This document shows positions 1 to 9,550 of a stretch of DNA of 64,000 nt, piece by piece. The notes beneath the pieces are model-generated. The model was not told the origin of the DNA. It did no database searches and saw nothing but the letters and a program-made list of their open reading frames with translations. Every line of letters begins with the position of its first letter. Within the stretch, counting starts at the first letter, position 1. Position numbers and translations under genes: made by a program. Origin of the DNA: an uncultured Candidatus Peribacteria bacterium. GTDB taxonomy: Bacteria > Patescibacteriota > Gracilibacteria > UBA1369. The DNA is taken from positions 226,087-290,086 of the forward strand of contig CAYFWB010000001.1 in the NCBI GenBank assembly GCA_964346765.1, read 5' to 3'.

Positions 1-1
1 G

Positions 2-1171
2 TTTCCTGTTCTGGATAATCTTGGTCGAGTGGTGGCTTTTGGTGGAAGAGCTCTGAGCAAGGATCAGGAACCCAAATATTTGAATTCACCTGAAAGCGTG
101 ATTTATCACAAAAGCAATATTCTTTACGGATTTTACGGAGCCAAACAAAAGATTAAAGAGAAAAGCGAAGTGGTGATTGTCGAAGGTTATTTTGATGTAA
201 TTGCTTCTCTGCAGGCGGGATTGATCAATACGGTCGCCCCTTGCGGCACGGCCCTGGCATCTAAACAACTTAGGTTATTAAAGCCGTTTGCCGATACGCT
301 GGTTTTGGCTTTTGATATGGATACAGCCGGACAAGAGGCGGCTAAAAGATCTTATGAGATTGCTCAAGAATTTGAATTCAATATTAAAGTTGCAATTATG
401 CCCGAAGGTAAAGATCCCGCCGAATACGCGAAGCAACACGGTACTGAATTGCTTAACGTGATTTCGAAAGCGCTACCTTACAGCGATTATATCTATAGGC
501 GTACTATGGAAGCTTATGGAACGGATACTCCGGCCGCGAAAAAAAGGATTCTTTTGGATTTGATGCCGCATTTGTTTTTGATGAAAAGTAATATAGAAAG
601 AGATACTTATGTGAGAAGATTGGCACTTGATTTGGATTTAAGGGAGGTACAAATTTATGATGAGATCAAGAGTTATAAGTTACCGGATTATCATCCGGCT
701 AAAAGTCATCGCGATGACAACGGTGCCGAATCGACATTAAAAGCGCAAAGCAGGACAGTTGAAGAGACTTTGCTTGGCTTGATTATACAATTTCCAAGGG
801 TGGGTAAAATGTACACGGACAGAATCGGAAAAAATTTCTTTACTGATGATTTAAAAGCTATTTACAAGGAATTTATTGATCAGTATAATAGCGACAGCCT
901 TAAGTCCGAAGAGGACTTTGTCAGTGGATTAGCGCATGAATTAAAGGAAAATGCTGCTTTGATCACTCTGTATATAGAAGAGAAATACGGAGAGATAACG
1001 GAAGAGTCGGCCGAAAAAGAAATAGCAGCGTTGATTGAGAATGTAAACAAATCCAGAACTGTCAGTAAAAGAAGAAAATTACAGAAACGTCTGGTGTCGG
1101 CCGAACAGGATGGTAATAAAGAATTGCAGAATGAGTTACTTATGGAGCTTAATAAATTATACGACAGTTAG
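2..1171 (+). CDS. dnaG: DNA primase DnaG, 5'-truncated by the window edge (TOPRIM plus C-terminal helicase-interaction region)
   Basis: The frame stays open from the window edge (FPVLDNLGRVVAFGGR...). It has the primase TOPRIM motifs (VVIVEGYFDV, AFDMDTAGQEAA). It lies directly upstream of rpoD, the classic dnaG-rpoD arrangement. Confidence 0.9.
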   Translation, partial: FPVLDNLGRVVAFGGRALSKDQEPKYLNSPESVIYHKSNILYGFYGAKQKIKEKSEVVIVEGYFDVIASLQAGLINTVAPCGTALASKQLRLLKPFADTLVLAFDMDTAGQEAAKRSYEIAQEFEFNIKVAIMPEGKDPAEYAKQHGTELLNVISKALPYSDYIYRRTMEAYGTDTPAAKKRILLDLMPHLFLMKSNIERDTYVRRLALDLDLREVQIYDEIKSYKLPDYHPAKSHRDDNGAESTLKAQSRTVEETLLGLIIQFPRVGKMYTDRIGKNFFTDDLKAIYKEFIDQYNSDSLKSEEDFVSGLAHELKENAALITLYIEEKYGEITEESAEKEIAALIENVNKSRTVSKRRKLQKRLVSAEQDGNKELQNELLMELNKLYDS

Positions 1172-1180
1172 AATCATTAT

Positions 1181-2326
1181 ATGGCACAAGCGAGAAAATT
1201 TATTACACAGCCGTCCGATGACAGGCTGAAACAGTTTCCACCGGTTGTTCGGGATCTGGTAAAAAAAGGTCACGAGCATGGTTTTGTTACCCATCAGGAA
1301 CTTTTGAGGGCAATGCCGAACGTGGAGGACGATCTTTTAATTTTGGATGAGCTTTATGCTCTTTTTTTGGATTTGGGAATAGAGGTTATCGACAGTAAGG
1401 AAACATTTGTCTTAAAACCCGACGCTACAGCGGAGAAAACGGAAGACGAGATAAAAGTTATAGAAAAAATTAAGAAACCTTCACCTCAGGTGGAATTAAG
1501 AGAAATCGCCAATGATTCGATCAGACTTTATTTGTGTGAAATTGGCAAGGTTCCGCTTTTAACCGCGAAAGAAGAGGTGGATCTGGCGAGAAGAATAAAG
1601 AAGAGCGATCAGACGGCTAAAAAACAATTGGCGGAAGCTAATTTGAGACTTGTGGTGAGTATCGCCAAAAAGTATATCGGACGAGGTCTTTCTTTTTTAG
1701 ATCTGATTCAGGAGGGTAATATCGGTCTTTTCAGAGCTGTTGAAAAGTTTGATCCGGACAGGGGATTTAAATTTTCAACGTATGCCACATGGTGGATCAG
1801 GCAAGCTATTACAAGAGCTATCGCGGATCAGGCTAGAACGATTCGTATACCGGTTCATATGGTTGAAACAATCAATAAATTGACTCACGCCCAAAGACGG
1901 CTTGTACAAGAATTGGGGCGCGAACCTTTGGTTGAAGAGCTGGCGGCGGAAATGGACATGGAAGAGAAAAAGGTAAGGCATATTTTAAAAATTTCCCAGG
2001 ATATTGTTTCGCTTGAAGCACCCGTGGGGACCGAAGAAGACAGTAAATTGGGTGATTTTATCGAAGATGATGAAGCGCAGTCTCCATTGGAGGCTACAAA
2101 CAGACAGTTGGTTAAAGAAAATATTCATGAAATGTTGCAGTATCTTTCTCCGAGAGAAAGAAAAATTATTGAAATGCGTTTCGGTCTTAATGATGGCGTA
2201 GGGCACACATTGGAAGAAGTCGGCCATGAATTCGGAGTCACCAGGGAAAGAATAAGACAAATTGAAGCTAAAGTGTTACAAAAAATGAAGGAGCACCCCA
2301 CCAGCGTTAAGATTAAGAGTAATTAA
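1181..2326 (+). CDS. rpoD: RNA polymerase primary sigma factor (sigma-70 family)
   Basis: Regions 2-4 are recognisable ([51 protein letters not shown]). Confidence 0.95.
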   Translation: MAQARKFITQPSDDRLKQFPPVVRDLVKKGHEHGFVTHQELLRAMPNVEDDLLILDELYALFLDLGIEVIDSKETFVLKPDATAEKTEDEIKVIEKIKKPSPQVELREIANDSIRLYLCEIGKVPLLTAKEEVDLARRIKKSDQTAKKQLAEANLRLVVSIAKKYIGRGLSFLDLIQEGNIGLFRAVEKFDPDRGFKFSTYATWWIRQAITRAIADQARTIRIPVHMVETINKLTHAQRRLVQELGREPLVEELAAEMDMEEKKVRHILKISQDIVSLEAPVGTEEDSKLGDFIEDDEAQSPLEATNRQLVKENIHEMLQYLSPRERKIIEMRFGLNDGVGHTLEEVGHEFGVTRERIRQIEAKVLQKMKEHPTSVKIKSN

Positions 2327-2345
2327 TAATTATAATAAACAATTT

Positions 2346-2876
2346 ATGCCAAAGAAAAAAGATATAGCCAAGAAAGCCGGACCCGTGTCCGCAATGACCG
2401 ATGAAAATAAAGTAACCTTGGTTACCAAAGAAGGTTTGGCAAAACTTAAAGAAGAGTTGGATTATTTAAAGAATACTAAGAGGAGAGAAGTGGCTGAAAG
2501 ATTAAAAGAAGCCATTTCTTACGGTGATCTTTCCGAAAACTCGGAATATGAGGAAGCAAAGAATGAACAGGCTTTTGTGGAGGGTAGAATCGTTGAATTG
2601 GAGGAAAAAATAAGATACGCTCAAATTATAGAGGAAAAACAGCATGTGGCCACGGTTCAGTTGGGTACAAAGGTTGTGATTAAGGATATTGGCAATAAGA
2701 AAAATGACCCTGAAGAGTATATTATTGTCGGTTCAACGGAAGCTGATCCTTTGGAACAAAAAATTTCAAATGAATCTCCGGTAGGTTCGGCATTGCTGGA
2801 TAAAAAGAAAGGAGATGTTGTTAAGGTGAGCATACCTGATGGTGTGGTTGAATATGAAATTTTGAAATTAGAATAA
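2346..2876 (+). CDS. greA: transcription elongation factor GreA
   Basis: N-terminal coiled coil with GDLSENSEYEEAK and a C-terminal FKBP-like domain (SNESPVGSALLDKKKGD). Confidence 0.9.
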   Translation: MPKKKDIAKKAGPVSAMTDENKVTLVTKEGLAKLKEELDYLKNTKRREVAERLKEAISYGDLSENSEYEEAKNEQAFVEGRIVELEEKIRYAQIIEEKQHVATVQLGTKVVIKDIGNKKNDPEEYIIVGSTEADPLEQKISNESPVGSALLDKKKGDVVKVSIPDGVVEYEILKLE

Positions 2877-4241
2877 ATGGAAAGAACTGTCGGCAGTTTA
2901 TTTTTAAAGATTTTTTCAATCTTGTTTTTTGCGGCCTTCGCGGGTACTACCCTTTTTTTTGCCTACGGTTATCGGTTTGACGTAGAGGAGCGGATTTTGG
3001 AAAAAACGAGTATTATTGATGTTATCAATGAAGTGAGTGATGTATCACTTTTTTTGAATGGCAGAGAGGTGGTTCAGAATATTCCTTATCAGATAAAGGG
3101 GGTTCTGCCCGGTTTACATGATCTTAAACTTCAAAAAAAAGGTTTTTTGACGTGGGAAAGGACAGTTAAGGTGGAAGAGGATATTGTTACTATTGTTGTA
3201 GATGCTTTACCGGTACCGGCTGATTTAGATCTTTTTTATAAAGAAGTTTTGAAATTGAATACCGATGATGAAATATTTTTCGGAGATGATTTTATATTGT
3301 CTTATGCTTCTGGAGACAATGATGTTCGGCTGATTAATCTTTTTGATAATGGCAAAATTTTGGAGGAAATAATAAGTTTGTATCAGGAGGATTTTGAGAT
3401 TGTGGATGTTTATGCTAAGGAAAAATTTTTAATAACTTTCGGGGATCCGTATAGTGAATATAAAGCTGTTCTTTATGCTTATGTGAGTTTTGCTGAAAAG
3501 GAATTTGATTTATTCGCTCTGCCCGAAGAGGCTGAAAGAATACGTGTGGATGGTCGAAATAATTACGTTTTCTTTTTGCGTGAAGGGGATTTGTATGGCA
3601 TATCGTTTGATCGATTGAAAGAGAATGAGTTTGATTCAAATGAATATATGCCGATCAAGTCCGGTGTTGAAAAATTTGATATTGATGATAGGGGTAATCT
3701 TTTTTATATTTCGACAGGCATGCTCTATAAAAGTTGGTATAATGGTGAAAATGTGAAATTGTTGGATCAGCATCCTTTGAGGTATAAGAACCTTGCTATT
3801 AATTTTGTAGGTAACAATAAGTCGCTTGTAGTGCGGGCAAATGATGATACAAGGAAGTTGTTTTATTTAAGCGACAGTGGTGACGTTAGACTGTTATCTG
3901 AAAATTTATATGGTAACGCGGATATTAACGGCCGTAATGAAATGATATATAGTGATACCGAAGGGCATATTTTTCTTTTTGACGTTGTAGATCAAGAAAA
4001 GACGTATATTGAACAAATTGAATCTGAATTTGAGCTTATGGGGTGGTTTGGGGATGACGGTTATTTTGTTATTAAAAAAGGGACTACGGTTTACCTGCAT
4101 GATCGTTTTCACGTGGAACCGGTGGTTTTGTTTGATCAATTGGAGAGCGATTTTTCGGTACTTGTGGGAAGAGCTTTTTATACTTATAAAGACGGCATTT
4201 TAAGTCGCCTTTATTTTGATGAAGCCTATTTGAATGAATAA
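2877..4241 (+). CDS. membrane-anchored PEGA-domain-like protein, function unknown
   Basis: N-terminal TM helix followed by a PEGA-like beta segment (VSLFLNGREVV...GLHDLKLQKKGFLTWERTVKV). Start is contiguous with the greA stop. Confidence 0.6.
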   Translation: MERTVGSLFLKIFSILFFAAFAGTTLFFAYGYRFDVEERILEKTSIIDVINEVSDVSLFLNGREVVQNIPYQIKGVLPGLHDLKLQKKGFLTWERTVKVEEDIVTIVVDALPVPADLDLFYKEVLKLNTDDEIFFGDDFILSYASGDNDVRLINLFDNGKILEEIISLYQEDFEIVDVYAKEKFLITFGDPYSEYKAVLYAYVSFAEKEFDLFALPEEAERIRVDGRNNYVFFLREGDLYGISFDRLKENEFDSNEYMPIKSGVEKFDIDDRGNLFYISTGMLYKSWYNGENVKLLDQHPLRYKNLAINFVGNNKSLVVRANDDTRKLFYLSDSGDVRLLSENLYGNADINGRNEMIYSDTEGHIFLFDVVDQEKTYIEQIESEFELMGWFGDDGYFVIKKGTTVYLHDRFHVEPVVLFDQLESDFSVLVGRAFYTYKDGILSRLYFDEAYLNE

Positions 4242-4242
4242 T

Positions 4243-4662
4243 TTAATTTTTCTTCTTTTTCTTTTTTTTGGGGATATATTTGTTTATTTGTAGGCGTTTT
4301 TCACGGCGTTTTTTTTCCTCGGGGTATTTTTTAAAGTATGTAATATAACTATTGTATAGTACAAATACACTGGATATGAGTAGGATGTACATTAAAAAGC
4401 GCATCGAGAAAAACGGCACATAATTATATCTGACAAGTATATATGCCGCAAACAGTACGGCAAGAATGATAAATTTAGTCGGGTAGTTTCTGAAAAGTTT
4501 TTTAAAAGCTTTGTCATCTTTATTTTTGAGCGCGTAATAGTATATTAGGCCTGTAAGAATGATGAAAACCAAGATAATGGCTCCGAGTGCCCAATAATAT
4601 TCAAAGTTTCTTCCCGGATTCGGTGAGAAAAAATAAAGGATAAATTTGTTTATAGTGTCCAT
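4243..4662 (-). CDS. hypothetical multi-pass membrane protein
   Basis: 139 aa ORF with 3-4 hydrophobic helices and a poly-Lys tail. No family recognised. Confidence 0.5.
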   Translation of the reverse strand: MDTINKFILYFFSPNPGRNFEYYWALGAIILVFIILTGLIYYYALKNKDDKAFKKLFRNYPTKFIILAVLFAAYILVRYNYVPFFSMRFLMYILLISSVFVLYNSYITYFKKYPEEKKRREKRLQINKYIPKKKKKKKN

Positions 4663-4671
4663 GTTTTTTCA

Positions 4672-5451
4672 TTAAGTTTTAGATGATAATTTTTTTTTGA
4701 TCAAAGGCGCGTAGACAAGAATAGCGCTTAAAATAACTCCAAGTAAAGCAAAAATTTGGGCTTCTCTAATACCAAAAATGAACCTGCTCTCATCGCCTCT
4801 TAAAAATTCTTCCAGGAATCGGAAGAAACTGTATCCGCCAAGCGCGAGTATGGCAATTTTACCCTCTTGTTTGCCTATTTTTTCATTGAAAAGCTTGAAT
4901 AAAATGAAAGCGAGTATTCCCGAATAAAGGGCGGCATATATTTGAGTTGGATGAATCGGAACGGCGTAAATTGAAGTTTCGATTGTTACTCCCCATGGAA
5001 GAGTTGTCTCTCTTCCGTAATTTCTGCCGTCCAAAAGCGCTCCTACACTGCTGACGGAAATGGCTCCAAGCACGCTAACCGCAAATACATCCAGCCATCT
5101 TTTTACATTTTGTTGTTCTTTATACGCGAAGAAAGCGAGAGTTAATCCCAGTCCCAGAATTCCTCCCCAGGCGGATAGCCCTTTATCCCAGATGTATAAG
5201 ATTTGAAGAACAGATTTGGTGTTTAATTCATAGAAATATAATTGCCAGTTTGTAATAATAAAAATCGTTCTTGCCGATATCAACCCTCCAAGAAAAATCA
5301 AAAGACTGTGATTTGCAATAAAAGCCAGGGAAAGTTTGTTTTTCTTTATAAGTCGATTTATTATCATAAGCGCGACAAAAAAACCTACAGCTATAAAAAT
5401 CCATAATGAATAAAAAGTGATCGGCCCGATTTCCAGCAATAACGGATACAT
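4672..5451 (-). CDS. lgt: prolipoprotein diacylglyceryl transferase
   Basis: Typical Lgt length and polytopic pattern (GPITFYSLWIF..., SAWGGILG, YGRETTLPWGV, HPTQIYA). Confidence 0.85.
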   Translation of the reverse strand: MYPLLLEIGPITFYSLWIFIAVGFFVALMIINRLIKKNKLSLAFIANHSLLIFLGGLISARTIFIITNWQLYFYELNTKSVLQILYIWDKGLSAWGGILGLGLTLAFFAYKEQQNVKRWLDVFAVSVLGAISVSSVGALLDGRNYGRETTLPWGVTIETSIYAVPIHPTQIYAALYSGILAFILFKLFNEKIGKQEGKIAILALGGYSFFRFLEEFLRGDESRFIFGIREAQIFALLGVILSAILVYAPLIKKKLSSKT

Positions 5452-5458
5452 GACTAAG

Positions 5459-6847
5459 TTAGAAGTTAAAGTAGATCAGAAAAGCGCTGAGTAAAAATAC
5501 CGGAGTTATTACAAGTGAGGCAATTTCGTTTCGTTTGAAGAAATGTATTTTTATGCTCAAAGCGCTATGGAATAAGAATAGTGTGGCTAGGAAATATTTT
5601 AGGAAAGCCGATTTATAGATATAGAAAAAATACGGGACTTGCTGAATGCCGAAATCTTTCGATACGGCATAAATAGAAACAAAATAATAGATAATATAGA
5701 ATGTCAGCAACCATCCCGTGAAACTGTATATTTCATGCGTAAGTACTTCCGTGGCGGTTTTTTCTTTTGATTGTTTGCGAAGCTGTTTGATCTTGTTTTT
5801 TTCCGCTTTTAATTCTTTTTTGAGTTTTTTCCGCTCGTTCCATAGTTTTTTTATGCTGGTCTTGGTTTCCTGTTTGAACTCGGGAGAGGGGGATTGGAAG
5901 TATAAGATGATAAATTCTTTAAGTTGCCCGTTAAGTGATTCAATTTTTCTTTTGATCGCAAGCATTTCCGGTGTTTCCGAATGTGCTCCGATTAAAATGC
6001 CCACAAAAAAACCAAGGAAGGAATTCAGTCTTGTGGGAACGTCGACATCTTTTATATGTTCTTTGTACCAATCCCTTAAGGCTTCGGTAATATTGATGTT
6101 TGTTTTGGATTTGCCTTTTTTTAACTGCATCATCATTCCTTGGGCTTCCACGACCATTTTTGTTTTTTCTTTTATTCTTTCTTCTTCATGTAAAAAAAGT
6201 TCTTCTTTTTGGAGATAAGAGAGGAGTTCTTCCGCCGTTTTTCTTATGTAATCAAGATTTGTACTGTTTTTTATCCTTAAAAGCTTTTCGACCTGCTCAC
6301 GTATTTTTTCTTTGGTCTCCGGTTTCATTATTTTTTCATATTCGTCCAGAAGTTCTTTGACTTTTTTTAAAACAAATTCTATCTGTCGTTTTAACACAGC
6401 CTGTCTTTTTTCAAACTCTCTTAGGTCTTTTTCGTCCGTGGTTTCTTTCTTTTTGGACAAGGTTTTTTCTTCTTCATAGCGGGCATATAAATCTAAGGCG
6501 CTCTTGCGTCTTTCTTTTTCTTTTTTTGTTTCAGGAAGAGTGTTATCTATTATGTATTCAACCGTAAGCGCGTACTCGGTTATTAATCTTTTGAAAGCGC
6601 TGTAAATGTTTTCAGCCTGGATTGTTCCGACGACTCTTTTACCGTTTTTATCGGTTGCTGCAAATTCAAAAGTGGGAATTTCCGTTTGGTCTTTGCCCGC
6701 CTCTTCTTCCGGCATTTCTTCTATGTTTAATATAGAAAAACCGAGTTCGTTCAATTCATTGCGCGCGGCTTTTTCGTCGGGTGCGGCAATAGTGCCCTGA
6801 AGGCTCTTATTATCCGGATTTACTACGGTGTATCGAAATTTTGGCAT
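5459..6847 (-). CDS. hypothetical membrane protein with two PilC/GspF-N-terminal-like repeats, a long K/E-rich coiled coil and a C-terminal TM bundle
   Basis: MPKFRYTVVNPDNKSLQGTIAAPDEKAARNELNELGFSILNIEE and FEFAATDKNGKRVVGTIQAENIYSAFKRL resemble the N-terminal repeats of type II/IV secretion platform proteins. The rest is not GspF-like. Confidence 0.5.
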   Translation of the reverse strand: MPKFRYTVVNPDNKSLQGTIAAPDEKAARNELNELGFSILNIEEMPEEEAGKDQTEIPTFEFAATDKNGKRVVGTIQAENIYSAFKRLITEYALTVEYIIDNTLPETKKEKERRKSALDLYARYEEEKTLSKKKETTDEKDLREFEKRQAVLKRQIEFVLKKVKELLDEYEKIMKPETKEKIREQVEKLLRIKNSTNLDYIRKTAEELLSYLQKEELFLHEEERIKEKTKMVVEAQGMMMQLKKGKSKTNINITEALRDWYKEHIKDVDVPTRLNSFLGFFVGILIGAHSETPEMLAIKRKIESLNGQLKEFIILYFQSPSPEFKQETKTSIKKLWNERKKLKKELKAEKNKIKQLRKQSKEKTATEVLTHEIYSFTGWLLTFYIIYYFVSIYAVSKDFGIQQVPYFFYIYKSAFLKYFLATLFLFHSALSIKIHFFKRNEIASLVITPVFLLSAFLIYFNF

Positions 6848-6852
6848 ACAGA

Positions 6853-8484
6853 TTATTTTTTATTTTGGTGTTTATGGCTCGCTTTTATAAATTCATAAAA
6901 AAGAGGGTGCGGTTTATTCGGCCTTGATAAGAATTCAGGGTGAAATTGGCATCCGATCATGAAAGGGTGTTCTTTTAGTTCGACTATTTCAACCAGGTCG
7001 GCTTTTGGGAAAATTCCGGCCGTTATAAGTCCTCCTTCTTCTAGTCGTTTACGAAATTTATTATTATATTCATACCTGTGCCTGTGCCGCTCTTCAATAT
7101 TTTCGGTTTTATAGATTTGATAAGTTTTGGTACTTTTTTTTATTTTGCACGGATAGGCTCCCAGTCTCAGTGTTCCTCCTTTATCCCGATTCTTATATTG
7201 ATCGGGCATGAAAAGGATAACATAATGTTTCTTTGATAATTTACCTTCTTCGTCGAATTCTTCGGATGTGTAATTTTTATTTTTTAGCAAATGTCTGGTA
7301 AATTCTATGGTCATGATTTGCATTCCCAGACAAAGTCCCAGGTATGGTTTACCGGTTTCGCGGCAGTATTTTGCGGCTTTTATTTTGCCCTCCGTGCCGC
7401 GGATTCCAAAGCCTCCGGGTACAATCACTCCGTCAGCGGTTTTAACGTGTCTCCAGGCGTTTTGATCTTCGTTTTCAAGTTTTTCACTGTCCACCCAGGT
7501 TAAATCCAATTCAAGTCCCTGATGATAACAGGCGATTTTTAATGATTCGATTACGCTTAAATATGAATCATCCAATCCGGTATATTTACCAACTAGAGCT
7601 ATCTTCACCGGTTTTCTTTTAGCGTTGATTTTAGCAACAAGCTCTTCCCAGTCTTTAAGTTTGGGTTTCAAGTCCCCGAGTTTCATCCTTTTGCCAATTT
7701 TTTGCGCTATAGCGTGTTCTTGATATCTTAACGGAACTTCATAAATTGATGAGATCGTGGGGGCGGGTATAACGTCGTTTTCATCCACGTCGCAAAACAA
7801 AGCTATTTTTTTGAGCAGTTCTTTTTTGATCGGATAATCGGCTCTGGCCAGTATGAAGTCCGGTTGAATTCCGGTTGCTCTAAGTTCTCTGACCGATGCC
7901 TGCGTGGGTTTTGTTTTGAGCTCTTTAGATCCCATTAAATAGGGGAGTAGCGTTAAATGAACAAATAGTGTGTTGTCATAACCAAGGTCGTTTCTAAGCT
8001 GTCTTAAAGCTTCCAAGAAGGGGAGTCCTTCAATATCACCTGTAGTTCCCCCGATTTCGGCAAGCACTATGTCGGCTTTGGTTTTTTTGCCGGCATCGGT
8101 GATTCTTTTTTTTATCGCATTTGTAATATGTGGAATGATTTGAATCGTTCCGCCAAGATAGGTGCCTTTTCTTTCATGATTTAAAACTTCCGTATAGATT
8201 TTCCCGGTAGAAACGGAAGAGTATTGATTAAGGTTTTCACCTATAAATCTTTCATAGTGCCCCAAATCCAGATCCGTTTCCGCGCCGTCTTGAAGAACAA
8301 AGACTTCACCATGTTGAAACGGGCTCATGGTGCCCGGATCCACGTTTAAATAGGGATCAAGTTTCATTGTAAACACTTTAAACCCGGAAGCTTTGAGGAG
8401 AGCGCCGATCGAGGCAGTTGCAATGCCTTTACCTAAAGATGAACAGACTCCGCCTGTCACAAATATGTATTTGGTCTCCCTCAT
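6853..8484 (-). CDS. pyrG: CTP synthase
   Basis: KYIFVTGGVCSSLGKG synthetase N-terminus and a C-terminal class I glutaminase (GLCLGMQ, HRHRYE). Confidence 0.95.
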   Translation of the reverse strand: MRETKYIFVTGGVCSSLGKGIATASIGALLKASGFKVFTMKLDPYLNVDPGTMSPFQHGEVFVLQDGAETDLDLGHYERFIGENLNQYSSVSTGKIYTEVLNHERKGTYLGGTIQIIPHITNAIKKRITDAGKKTKADIVLAEIGGTTGDIEGLPFLEALRQLRNDLGYDNTLFVHLTLLPYLMGSKELKTKPTQASVRELRATGIQPDFILARADYPIKKELLKKIALFCDVDENDVIPAPTISSIYEVPLRYQEHAIAQKIGKRMKLGDLKPKLKDWEELVAKINAKRKPVKIALVGKYTGLDDSYLSVIESLKIACYHQGLELDLTWVDSEKLENEDQNAWRHVKTADGVIVPGGFGIRGTEGKIKAAKYCRETGKPYLGLCLGMQIMTIEFTRHLLKNKNYTSEEFDEEGKLSKKHYVILFMPDQYKNRDKGGTLRLGAYPCKIKKSTKTYQIYKTENIEERHRHRYEYNNKFRKRLEEGGLITAGIFPKADLVEIVELKEHPFMIGCQFHPEFLSRPNKPHPLFYEFIKASHKHQNKK

Positions 8485-8504
8485 TACTTTTAACTTTATG
8501 TCAA

Positions 8505-9482
8505 TTATTTAAACTGAAGGCCGGTCTTTTCTTTTACTTCGGCCATAACCTTTTGAGCTTCTGATCTGGCTTTTTTAGCTCCCTCCTTAAGTACGTCATT
8601 AACATATCCCAAATCACTTAAGAGTTCAATTCTTTTTTCCCGATAAGGTTTGAAATAATCAAGTAATTTTGATAGAAGAATTTTTTTTGAGTCTCCGTAA
8701 CCGAAACCACCGGTTTTATATTTTTCGGCCATTTCTTTTTGTTCGCCGGGAGTAGCGAAAAATGAATACAGTTTGTAAACAGCACATTTTTCGGGATTTT
8801 TAGGTTCTTCGATCGGTGTCGAATCGGTTTTAATACCCATTATTTGTTTTTTTAAAACCGCTTTATCGGCGAAAAATTCTATTATATTTCCGTAGCTCTT
8901 GCTCATTTTATGTTCACCGTCGGTGCCGATTACGTAGCCAGCGTCTTTCGGTATTTCCGGATCAGGCAGTTTGAATGTTTCTCCAAACATGTTATTGAAT
9001 TTATCTGCTATATTTCTGGCAATTTCAACGTGTTGTTTTTGGTCTTTGCCGACCGGGACAATGTCCGGTTTGTATAAAAGTATGTCGGCGGCCATCAAAA
9101 CCGGATAAGTAAACAGACCGGCTGTTGAATCCTTCATATTTTTGGCAACGGCGTCTTTATAGGCGTGTGCGCGTTCAAGCAGACCCATTGGGGTTATACA
9201 ATTGAAGATCCAGGCGAGTTCGCTGTGTTCGGGTATATCGCTTTGTTTAAAAAAAAACGTTTTTTCAGGATCAAGGCCGAGCGCGAGGTAATCAATCGCG
9301 ATTTTTTTTGTCAGTTCCTGCATTTTTTGTTTGTCTCTCACTGTGGTGAGAGCGTGAAGATCTGCAATAAATATGAATGATTCGTGTTTGTCTTGCGTCT
9401 CCACGTGATTTTTCATGGCACCAAGATAATTTCCAAGGTGCGGTGTGCCGCTTGATTGAATGCCGGAAAGTACACGTTTCAT
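8505..9482 (-). CDS. trpS: tryptophan--tRNA ligase
   Basis: Class I HIGH-like motif (GTPHLGNY) and KMSKS motif, about 325 aa. Confidence 0.95.
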   Translation of the reverse strand: MKRVLSGIQSSGTPHLGNYLGAMKNHVETQDKHESFIFIADLHALTTVRDKQKMQELTKKIAIDYLALGLDPEKTFFFKQSDIPEHSELAWIFNCITPMGLLERAHAYKDAVAKNMKDSTAGLFTYPVLMAADILLYKPDIVPVGKDQKQHVEIARNIADKFNNMFGETFKLPDPEIPKDAGYVIGTDGEHKMSKSYGNIIEFFADKAVLKKQIMGIKTDSTPIEEPKNPEKCAVYKLYSFFATPGEQKEMAEKYKTGGFGYGDSKKILLSKLLDYFKPYREKRIELLSDLGYVNDVLKEGAKKARSEAQKVMAEVKEKTGLQFK

Positions 9483-9550
9483 TATTAATTTACTATGATT
9501 AATTCTTTTAAAAGTTTAGGCTGTTTTGCGCTTTTAGACAAGGATTAATA

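Noticed and set aside
4243-4290. A homopolymer-rich tract encoding a poly-Lys tail, as a possible slippage or phase-variation site.
   Set aside because: The runs are interrupted. They lie at the extreme 3' end of a hypothetical gene in a generally A/T-rich genome, and nothing indicates variability.
5718-6218. Many 60-180 aa ORFs in the track lie antisense to, or out of frame within, well-supported genes. Examples are 86-268, 1775-2260, 5718-6360, 10103-10483, 14202-14600, 15579-16958, 24655-25197, 31805-32191, 36605-36916, 45296-46020 and 60862-61205.
   Set aside because: They are shadow ORFs inside genes with strong family signatures on the other strand or frame. Their translations are low-complexity or Cys/Phe/Leu-rich with no recognisable motifs.
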